From: Candidatus Hermodarchaeota archaeon
Lineage (GTDB): Archaea; Asgardarchaeota; Lokiarchaeia; Sigyniarchaeales; SOKP01
Direction of reading: 5' to 3'
Length of the DNA stretch: 43,028 nucleotides
Assembly: GCA_048885525.1 (NCBI GenBank)
Contig: JBHLLP010000029.1
Location: forward strand, 1-43,028
The notes beneath the pieces were generated by a model that saw nothing but the letters and a program-made list of their open reading frames with translations, was not told the DNA's origin and searched no databases. This document shows, piece by piece, positions 30,331 to 38,287 of this stretch (positions are counted from its first letter, which is position 1; every line of letters begins with the position of its first letter). A program made the position numbers and the translations under genes.

Positions 30331-31164
30331 ATGAAAAAAGTTTTAACAATAGCAGGTTCAGATTCAGGTGGGGGTGCCGGAATTCAAGCGGATTTAAAAA
30401 CTTTTTCTGCACGCGGAGTTTTTGGAATGAGTGCAATTACAGCACTTACAGCTCAAAATACCGTAGGTGTTCAAGGTATTTTTGAAGTTGATCATGAATT
30501 TGTTGCTAAACAAATCGATTCAGTAATGACCGATATAGGAGCTGATGCTTGGAAAACAGGTATGCTTTCAAATGCAGAAATAATACAAGTTGTGGCTGAT
30601 CGAGCATCTTTTTATAATGTTGAGCTCCTAATAGTTGATCCTGTAATGGTTGCAAAAAGTGGAGATCCATTATTAAAGGCTGAGGCAAACTATACTCTCA
30701 TCTCAAAGCTCATCCCGTTGGCTCATGTAATAACACCAAATCTTCACGAAGCCCATATTTTAACGGGAATTGAAATAAGTAATATAAATGAGGTTCAAGA
30801 ATCCGCGGTAAAAATCTTCGAGATGGGTGTTAAGAACGTGGTTGTAAAAGGAGGACATTTGAAAGATATTAATGAATCAATAGACATCCTTTATAATGGA
30901 AAAAAATTTATAGAATTTCGTTCTCCTCGCATTAATACAAACAACACACATGGAACGGGTTGTACATTTGCTTCAGGCATTGCAGCCGAGTTGGCTAAGG
31001 GAAAAGACATAATAAATGCTGTACATATCGCTAAAGCATATTTGACGAATGCCATTCAAAGAGCGGATGTTCTTAATATAGGTAAAGGTCATGGTCCGAC
31101 TGATCATTCACTGGGGAGTGAATTAAAAGTGAATCTTGATTTGGTTAGTGTTAGAGAAATTTAG
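30331..31164 (+). CDS. thiD: Hydroxymethylpyrimidine/phosphomethylpyrimidine kinase ThiD
   Basis: VLTIAGSDSGGGAGIQADLKT, TAQNT.GV, KTGML, VDPVMVAKSG, TPNLHEA, VKGGH, HGTGCT, GHGP. Confidence 0.97.
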   Translation: MKKVLTIAGSDSGGGAGIQADLKTFSARGVFGMSAITALTAQNTVGVQGIFEVDHEFVAKQIDSVMTDIGADAWKTGMLSNAEIIQVVADRASFYNVELLIVDPVMVAKSGDPLLKAEANYTLISKLIPLAHVITPNLHEAHILTGIEISNINEVQESAVKIFEMGVKNVVVKGGHLKDINESIDILYNGKKFIEFRSPRINTNNTHGTGCTFASGIAAELAKGKDIINAVHIAKAYLTNAIQRADVLNIGKGHGPTDHSLGSELKVNLDLVSVREI

Positions 31165-31745
31165 ATTTTGTTTTTCTTAATTAATTTAATAATTTGGTCT
31201 AGTTTGCTTATTATATCATTAGAATTTTTACCGAATAATCTCATCATTGGTTCTTTCCCAATTGCGCCTTTATCCCAGATTATATCGGGTATTTTCCCTT
31301 TTTTTTTTACACTCTCATTTATCAACCACTGCATTGTAGAATATTCTTTCTCTTTTACGCTCTCTGGTTGTTCTTCTCTAAGGATCTCCTGTAGTTCTAG
31401 ATTTGAGTTCTTCTCAATTGATTCAATTAATTCGGGAATATATCTTAGATTAATAACAAAATTAATTGAATTATCAAATTCTTTGGCAGTAAGAATTAGT
31501 CTAGCGGTATGATCAGATACTCCAAACTTAATTTCCCCTGAAGCTTTTGGGAAACCATTTATTATTGTAATGCGACCCTCAATTCCAGCTATATCACTTT
31601 TACTTTTTGCATTAGAGAGGGATCCAGAAATATTCATTCTTACTTCTGGTATTAATTTGCTGAAATTTTTGTTTTTAGATATTATACTATATACTTTCCT
31701 AATTTGATCAATTATATTCTTTTTTTCTTCAGATATTTGCGTCAT
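31161..31745 (-). CDS. thiN: Stand-alone ThiN-type thiamine-phosphate synthase domain
   Basis: LIPEVRMNI, IAGIEGRI, FGVSDHTAR, NLRY, R.EQP..VK.KE.STM.W, PDIIWDKG.IGKEPM.RLFG. Confidence 0.85.
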   Translation of the reverse strand: MTQISEEKKNIIDQIRKVYSIISKNKNFSKLIPEVRMNISGSLSNAKSKSDIAGIEGRITIINGFPKASGEIKFGVSDHTARLILTAKEFDNSINFVINLRYIPELIESIEKNSNLELQEILREEQPESVKEKEYSTMQWLINESVKKKGKIPDIIWDKGAIGKEPMMRLFGKNSNDIISKLDQIIKLIKKNKI

Positions 31746-31791
31746 TATATTTCTTAAGACTACAATAGTTATAGGTTAAAGAAAAATAAAA

Positions 31792-32376
31792 TTATATGCC
31801 TTCTTTAATTCTGTCAAACGCCCATTTAGCTTTATCGTGAAGTCCAAGTCTTTCATATGCTTTTCCTAAATATAAAAAACCATTTGGATAATTATAACGT
31901 ATTTTAACTAACTTAAATAGAAAATTGATTGCTAAGTCGTATCGTCCTTTTAGATAGTTTGCTTTTCCTAAAAGATAAAGAATATTTAAATCTCTTTCAT
32001 CAGTAGAATTTTCATTATATAAGTCCAATAGCTTTTCTATTGCTTCATTATAACTTTCTTCTTCTATCAAATGTTCAATTGACTCAACAAATTTAAGGAA
32101 TAAAATCTTATCCGCAACTTCTTGCATTTTTTTTCTTGATTCTTCTTGTAATTCTTTTTCTAAAACAGCTTGTTTCTCTTGTTCTTTCTTGTCTTTATAA
32201 TCTTTAAATTGATCAATTAAACTTTGAGGGTATGGTTCACTACATAATGGACAATTATCTGAATGTAATAACCATTCAGCTATACATATTTTGTGAACAA
32301 GGTGTAAATTTTTACAAGCTTTAAAAGAATCTGTGTTCTCATTTATGTTTAAATGGCAAATTATACAAGAAGGCAT
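31792..32376 (-). CDS. RING-H2 finger + coiled coil + TPR protein (putative E3 ligase)
   Basis: C-x2-C...C-x3-H-x2-H-x2-C-x3-W...CPLC at the N-terminus; TPRs LYLLGKANYLKGRYDLAI and FLYLGKAYERLG. Confidence 0.88.
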   Translation of the reverse strand: MPSCIICHLNINENTDSFKACKNLHLVHKICIAEWLLHSDNCPLCSEPYPQSLIDQFKDYKDKKEQEKQAVLEKELQEESRKKMQEVADKILFLKFVESIEHLIEEESYNEAIEKLLDLYNENSTDERDLNILYLLGKANYLKGRYDLAINFLFKLVKIRYNYPNGFLYLGKAYERLGLHDKAKWAFDRIKEGI

Positions 32377-32564
32377 TATTATTTATTTTACTTTTTTTTG
32401 AAAATTTTCAGTACTCAACGTGTAATATAATAAATTAAAAAAAATAGCAATTTATAAGAATATGTATTTCGAAACAACGATTTAATAAATAATAAAAATA
32501 ACTTTTTTTATAGGGATCATAAAGATAATTTCACCAATAAAATAAAACAAGAGAATAAAAAGAC

Positions 32565-34151
32565 ATGACGATTAATAGGAATCAACTCTTTAATGAATTA
32601 TTCAATCAATTCTTAGAACTAAATGATGATGTAGAGGCTGTAATTGTAAGTGATAAACAAGGATTAGTTATTGCCGGTGAAAAAAGAAGCGATGTGGATA
32701 TGGAAATCGTTTCTGTTTTAACTTCTATAATAAATCCGATTGTTGAGAGAATTCGCGATGAGTTTATGTTTAAAAAGTTCGGTACTGCAAGTTTTGATAC
32801 AGAATTCTATAGACTTTTATTTATATCTTTAGATGAGAGTAGAACTCTTAGTGTTGTATTGAATAATTTAGCATCTATAGATAAAGCTAGTCCATATGCT
32901 TATCTTCTAGCTGAAAAATCAGTTCAAATTCTTAATGCTGAAGAGGGTGACAATATTCAACTTGCAATTCCTAATTTTGAATATGAAACTGATGAAGCAA
33001 CACATTATGAAAGGGTTAAGAATCAAATCTATCAAATGAGGTTAGATGAAGGAGGAAAATATAGGTTTAAATTTGTAATTATAGGAGATCATGAAGTAGG
33101 TAAAACATCATTGGTACGACGCTTTGTAGAGAATAAATTTTCTCATGATTATCGTGCTACCATAGGATTAAATATTTTATCTCATTCCATTGAATTTTTT
33201 GGAAATGAGATCATTTATAGTCTCTGGGACGTTGGAGCTCAAGTTTATTTCAAACGTTTCCGGCAAACTTATTATTTAGGTACACAAGCAGCATTTATTG
33301 TATTTGATTTAACAAAAAAAGAGTCATTTGAAAATGTGAAACAATGGTATGCTGAATTAGAAGAATTCATAGGTGGAAGGGAAATTCCTATTATAATTAT
33401 TGGAAACAAAACCGATTTAAAGGAACAAAGAGTAGTCACATATCAAGATGGTGTACAACTAGTTAGTGAATTATCCAAAAAGCTAAATTTTAAAATCTCT
33501 TATATTGAAACTAGTGCATTATCAGGAGAAAATGTTGAAGATGCCTTTACTTTAATAGCATTTCATTACATTTCTAAAAGTAAAGAAGAAGAGGAGGATG
33601 TTGTTAAGCAAGATCTTTTAGAAGAGCTTAACTCTATTATAATTAAAAGAAGACAAGAAGTAGAAGATCAAAGCTCTTTATTAACCTTAACGGTTATATC
33701 AGAAAATGAATTTTGGAGCCCAGGACTTCAAATTCTCTCAGAAATTAACGCACCATATGAATGTGAGAGAATTAGGGATGCGAGAGATGAAAAAGCCTAT
33801 AAATTTTCGAATGGGGTCATTATAAAGAATTATCTTTACAATAATTTTGATGTCTCTAATTCTGATGGAGTTTTCTGCATTTTTGATGCACGAGAAAAGG
33901 AACATATTATCCAAGATTGGAAAAATGTTGTTATTAGAATTATAAACGATATAGAAGAGAATAAAGTAGTATTGATAGGAATTAGAGTATCAGAAAAAAG
34001 CGATTGGTCTGTAATCATGGAAGATTTCAACGTAAATGAATTATTAGAACAGAAAATGGTATCGCTTTTATTCTTTAAAATAGGACTTGAATATAGGTTA
34101 GAAATTTATGATCAATTAAAGGTTATGTTAAATACTATTAAATATCTTTGA
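32565..34151 (+). CDS. Roadblock/LC7-like domain + Rab-like small GTPase + degenerate second G-domain (paralog 1)
   Basis: VEAVIVSDKQGLVIAG (Roadblock-like); G1 GDHEVGKTS, G2 YRATIG, G3 WDVGAQ, G4 GNKTD, G5 ETSAL; C-terminal SDGVFCIFDA...W...VVLIG. Confidence 0.9.
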   Translation: MTINRNQLFNELFNQFLELNDDVEAVIVSDKQGLVIAGEKRSDVDMEIVSVLTSIINPIVERIRDEFMFKKFGTASFDTEFYRLLFISLDESRTLSVVLNNLASIDKASPYAYLLAEKSVQILNAEEGDNIQLAIPNFEYETDEATHYERVKNQIYQMRLDEGGKYRFKFVIIGDHEVGKTSLVRRFVENKFSHDYRATIGLNILSHSIEFFGNEIIYSLWDVGAQVYFKRFRQTYYLGTQAAFIVFDLTKKESFENVKQWYAELEEFIGGREIPIIIIGNKTDLKEQRVVTYQDGVQLVSELSKKLNFKISYIETSALSGENVEDAFTLIAFHYISKSKEEEEDVVKQDLLEELNSIIIKRRQEVEDQSSLLTLTVISENEFWSPGLQILSEINAPYECERIRDARDEKAYKFSNGVIIKNYLYNNFDVSNSDGVFCIFDAREKEHIIQDWKNVVIRIINDIEENKVVLIGIRVSEKSDWSVIMEDFNVNELLEQKMVSLLFFKIGLEYRLEIYDQLKVMLNTIKYL

Positions 34152-34299
34152 TGCTTGCTAATAATTTATATCTTGAAATCGACTAATCAAAAAAATACTA
34201 TTTATAGTTAATAATCAATAATAATAAAAATCCAATTAATAATTATTAAGTAAGTAGGATAAGTTCATTTAAAAAGAATTTGTATTGAGAGAGACGTTC

Positions 34300-35859
34300 A
34301 TGGCAGTACAAAAAAACAAACTATTTAGAGAGTTATTTACCAAGTTTTTAGATTTTAATAACGAACTAGAATCTGTGATTGTTTCTGATTCTGAAGGATT
34401 AATTATTGCTGGTGAAAAAAGAAAAGATATCGATATGGAAATTGTATCAGTTTTAACCTCTATCATAAATCCAATCTTAGAGAGGATGCGTAATGAATTT
34501 GAATTCCAAAAATTTGGGAATGCGAGCTTTGATACTGAGGATCATCGCCTTTTATTTATTTCGGTTGATGAAGAAAGAATTCTAAGTTTAGTTTTAGATA
34601 ATATGGCTTCAATTGAAAAAATATCTCCATATGGATTTTTTCTTGCTGAAAAAACTGCCCAAATTCTTACTGCTGAAGAGGATGAGAAAATCCAAGTGTC
34701 GATTCCAAACTTTGAATATGAAGCAGGAAATGTTCAAAGATTAAAGAATCAACTATATCAAATGGAATTGGGTTTAAATGGTGAGTATCGTTTTAAATTC
34801 GTAATTTTGGGAGACCATGAAGTTGGAAAAACTTCAATCATCCGAAGATTTGTTGAAAACAGATATACTACAGATTATAGAGCAACTATTGGTATTAATA
34901 TCTTATCACATGAATTTCAATTTTTTGGAAATAAAATTGGTGTAAGTTTATATGATCTGGGAGCTCAAAAATATTTTAAGAGATTTCGAAAAGTATATTA
35001 TTTAGGAGCTCAAGCAGCTTTCATCGTGTTTGACCTCACAAATCGCGATTCTTTTCAAAATGTTAAAGATTGGTACGAAGAACTAAAATTATTCACAGAG
35101 GAAGAAGATATACCAATCATAATTGTTGGAAACAAAACTGATTTAGTTGAAGATAGAAAAGTTTTTTATCAAGAAGGGGCAAAATTAGCTAATATTCTTT
35201 CAAAAGGTGAAAAAATTAAATTATCTTATATTGAAACTAGCGCTTTAACTGGTAGTAATGTTGAAGATGCTTTTAACTTAATTTCATATCATTATGTAAT
35301 GAGGAGTAAAGAAATTGAAGATGAAAGACGTAGTGAAATTTTACTTGATATTATTCGTTCTATCCTGAAAAAAAAAATTGTTTTTACTTTATCTTTTATA
35401 ACTGAAAGCTCAATTTGGAGCCCTGGGTTACAAATTATTGCTAAGATAAGCAAATTAGGAGAAAAATCATTGATTAGAGATTATGATGATGAACAGGTTT
35501 ATCAATATACAAATGGAATGATAATAAAACAACATGAATTCTCTGCAATTGATGATATTTCCAGTTCTGATGGAATTTTTTGCATTTTCGATGCACATTC
35601 CAGAGAAGAAATTAATTCAAATTGGAGAGATATTGTAGTAAATCTAGTTGAAAAGTCAAAAGAAAATGCTGTGATTTTAATTGGAGTACGAGCATCTGAG
35701 AGTAGTAATTGGTCAGAGATAATTGACCAGTTAAATGTGGATGAATTACTTGATAAAAAAGTAGTAGATCTCTTATTCTTTAGAATTGGGATGCAATTTC
35801 GGTTAGATGTATTCGATCAATTGAAAGCTATGCTTTCTGCTATTGATGATAAGTATTAA
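34300..35859 (+). CDS. Roadblock/LC7-like domain + Rab-like small GTPase + degenerate second G-domain (paralog 2)
   Basis: Collinear with paralog 1: LESVIVSDSEGLIIAG; GDHEVGKTS, YRATIG, YDLGAQ, GNKTD, ETSAL; SDGIFCIFDA. ATG 34300 aligns with the start of paralog 1 (the track uses TTG 34285). Confidence 0.9.
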   Translation: MAVQKNKLFRELFTKFLDFNNELESVIVSDSEGLIIAGEKRKDIDMEIVSVLTSIINPILERMRNEFEFQKFGNASFDTEDHRLLFISVDEERILSLVLDNMASIEKISPYGFFLAEKTAQILTAEEDEKIQVSIPNFEYEAGNVQRLKNQLYQMELGLNGEYRFKFVILGDHEVGKTSIIRRFVENRYTTDYRATIGINILSHEFQFFGNKIGVSLYDLGAQKYFKRFRKVYYLGAQAAFIVFDLTNRDSFQNVKDWYEELKLFTEEEDIPIIIVGNKTDLVEDRKVFYQEGAKLANILSKGEKIKLSYIETSALTGSNVEDAFNLISYHYVMRSKEIEDERRSEILLDIIRSILKKKIVFTLSFITESSIWSPGLQIIAKISKLGEKSLIRDYDDEQVYQYTNGMIIKQHEFSAIDDISSSDGIFCIFDAHSREEINSNWRDIVVNLVEKSKENAVILIGVRASESSNWSEIIDQLNVDELLDKKVVDLLFFRIGMQFRLDVFDQLKAMLSAIDDKY

Positions 35860-35981
35860 TTTTTAAAAATATTAGTATAAAATTCTTTTTTACTTTAACA
35901 ATTACTAAATGTAGAAGATATTTTATTAATTTTTAAATTATCATACATTAGAACTAGTAATTCAAACTCGAAAGATGATTA

Positions 35982-36911
35982 ATAATTCAATATGGAGTAA
36001 TCCTTCATTCAACAGCGCCTTATGCTGATTGGGAGGAGTTTTTAAAAATTGCACTTGAAGTTGAACAACTGGGATATGATTCTCTTTGGATAACTGATCA
36101 TCTAATCTCTCCAAAAGGGCGATCACATGGATTAGAAGCATTAACAATTCTTTCAGCATTGTCAACGGTAACAAAGAAAATTCGTTTAGGTACATATGTA
36201 CTCTGCAACCAATTTCGACATCCTTCGCTTCTGGCAAAAATGGTTTCTACAATAGATCACGTATCTAAAGGGCGTATAAACCTAGGAATTGGTGCCGGTT
36301 GGTATAAAACTGAACATATTTCATTTGGATTTAATTGGGATAAACTTTCTATTAGAGTAAATCATCTTAAAGAATCAATTTTGCTTATGAAAAAATTGTG
36401 GACAGAAGATAATGTATATTTTAATGGAGAATATTATAGGATTAAAAATGCAACTCTAGAACCAAAGCCAATACAAAAACCTCACCCACCTATTTGGATT
36501 GGTGGCAAATCTCCCGCAATTAAACAATTAATAGTAGAAGAGGGAAATGGTTGGATTCCTGTTTTACCTTCACCAGAGCAATTATTAAAAGATCTCGAAG
36601 AAATCAAAGAAAATATGGAAAAATTTAATCGAGATATCACTAATCTAGAAGTTGCATTTGGAGGGGCTGCATACACCCTTATAACTGATGATGAAAAATT
36701 AGCTAACATGGAATTAAAAAAAATATCCAATAATCGAAATATACCAATTGATAAGTTAAATTGTATGATAGGAAATTCTTCTTTCATTAAAAAGAGAATT
36801 CAACTTTATAAAAATATTGGAGTAGAACATATTGTTACAGGATTTTTAGATTTTCCAAAGCTAACTAGTTTGAGAAAATTCGCAAAATTAGTTATACCTA
36901 CTTTTAAATAA
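35982..36911 (+). CDS. LLM-class flavin/F420-dependent oxidoreductase; true start upstream of the track call, probably non-canonical
   Basis: The frame is open from 35979 and adds IIQYGVIL...WEEFLKIALEVEQLGYDSLWITDHL...LEALTILSAL, the typical LLM N-terminus, before TKKIRLGT..LCNQFRHPSLLAKM.STIDHVSKGR..LGIGAGW and PKPIQKPHPPIWIGG. Confidence 0.85.
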   Translation: MIQYGVILHSTAPYADWEEFLKIALEVEQLGYDSLWITDHLISPKGRSHGLEALTILSALSTVTKKIRLGTYVLCNQFRHPSLLAKMVSTIDHVSKGRINLGIGAGWYKTEHISFGFNWDKLSIRVNHLKESILLMKKLWTEDNVYFNGEYYRIKNATLEPKPIQKPHPPIWIGGKSPAIKQLIVEEGNGWIPVLPSPEQLLKDLEEIKENMEKFNRDITNLEVAFGGAAYTLITDDEKLANMELKKISNNRNIPIDKLNCMIGNSSFIKKRIQLYKNIGVEHIVTGFLDFPKLTSLRKFAKLVIPTFK

Positions 36912-36986
36912 AGGAACATTAATTTTTTTTAATTATCAGAAATGGGATTTAAAAAGGATTAAAATAATTTACAAAAGGAAACCAAA

Positions 36987-37556
36987 ATGGCTGTGACTAT
37001 AAAGCCTTTATCCCCAGATCTTATTGATGATTTTCTATACTATTTCGATAATGTTGCTTTTTCAAATAATCCTAATTGGGCTACATGTTATTGCCATTTT
37101 TATCATTTTGCTGGAACAAATGAGCAATTTTTTAAAAGAACTGCTGAACAAAATAGAACTATGTCAAAAGAATTAATTCTTGCCGGTAAGATGAATGGAT
37201 TTATTGCATATTTAGATGAAAAGCCAGTTGGATGGTGTAATATTAATAATAAGGAAAATTATGCAAAAATTCCTTATAATGAAGAATCAGAGGCTAAAAT
37301 TGCCTCACTTATATGCTTTGTAATCTCTCCTTCACATAGAAAACAAGGTATAGCTAGGCAAATTCTGATTTATGCGAGTTCTAGTTTGAAGGATGAAGGT
37401 TATGATTTTATTGAAGTATACCCGCGAAAAGGAGAAAATTTATCAGATGCTCATAGTTATAGAGGACCGTTTTCATTATATACCTCTGAAGGATTTTCTA
37501 TCTATAAAGAATTTAATGATTACTATGTAATGCGTAAAAAACTCAGAAAACACTAG
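36987..37556 (+). CDS. GNAT-family N-acetyltransferase
   Basis: W..CYC N-terminal motif, PVGWC, ICFVISPSHRKQGIA (acetyl-CoA motif A), IEVYP, YRGPFSLY...GF. Confidence 0.88.
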   Translation: MAVTIKPLSPDLIDDFLYYFDNVAFSNNPNWATCYCHFYHFAGTNEQFFKRTAEQNRTMSKELILAGKMNGFIAYLDEKPVGWCNINNKENYAKIPYNEESEAKIASLICFVISPSHRKQGIARQILIYASSSLKDEGYDFIEVYPRKGENLSDAHSYRGPFSLYTSEGFSIYKEFNDYYVMRKKLRKH

Positions 37557-37786
37557 TTTTATTATATATATAATAAAATGGGTTAAAAGATCTATCTATT
37601 TAACCTTCTTTAATTAAAAGATTTAAAATAAAAAAAAATCTTAGATCTAAAAGCTCAGATCGATATCTATCGGTGTTCTTCTCAGACATCGCAATTTTGT
37701 CGATCGGAAGAAATTATTAACCGAAACATACGCTACCGAAAATTTTACGCAAGTTTTAAATATTTGAAAGAAATAATATAATATAA

Positions 37787-37816
37787 TAAAGTTCATGTTA
37801 AAAAATATGAACTTTA
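37787..37816. promoter_or_regulatory. Perfect 10-bp inverted repeat upstream of the histone gene
   Basis: TAAAGTTCAT-N10-ATGAACTTTA, about 40 bp before the ATG and upstream of the GGAGG RBS. Confidence 0.55.
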
Positions 37817-37856
37817 GATAACTAACTTAAAAAATTAAAAAGTGGAGGAATAAGAA

Positions 37857-38069
37857 ATGGCAAAAAAAGTATTTGCCTGGTCTCCCGTCCGAAAATTGAT
37901 GAAAGATAATGGAGCTGAGATGGTTGCTCGAGATGCAGTTGATGCCTTAATTGATTATTTAGAAAAATTAGCAAAAGGCATGACTAATAAGGCTCTTGAA
38001 ATGACCCGACACGCAGGAAGGAAGAAATTAACGCTTGAGGACATGGACTTGGCAATGAAATTAGTTTAA
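37857..38069 (+). CDS. Archaeal histone (HMf-like histone fold)
   Basis: 70 aa, PVRKLMK..GAE.VARDA...L..YLE.......KALE...HAGRKKLT.ED..LA; GGAGG RBS; poly-T tract at ~38096-38114. Confidence 0.93.
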   Translation: MAKKVFAWSPVRKLMKDNGAEMVARDAVDALIDYLEKLAKGMTNKALEMTRHAGRKKLTLEDMDLAMKLV

Positions 38070-38287
38070 ACTAAATCAATTTATACTACATAATATTTTT
38101 TTTCTTTTTTTTTTAAATTTCAAAATATTCATTCCAGCTTTATTTAATTCTAATTTAATCAATTATCTCCTTTCTTTTGCAAAATTAAAAATTAAAGGAC
38201 TATCAGGACTAATTATCTAATTTTCCTTCAAAAGTTCACAAAAAGTTCAGATTAGAGCTCTATTTATACTATTAGGTATTTAAAATT

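Noticed and set aside
35976-35978. In-frame TGA (also 39956-39954) as possible selenocysteine
   Set aside because: Neither is at a Cys-equivalent position. Further stops lie just upstream of 35976, and no SECIS-like hairpin was seen.
36987-38069. GNAT next to the histone gene as a histone acetyltransferase
   Set aside because: The GNAT resembles a widespread prokaryotic W..CYC family, the histone has no tail, and the genes are 300 bp apart with separate upstream signals.
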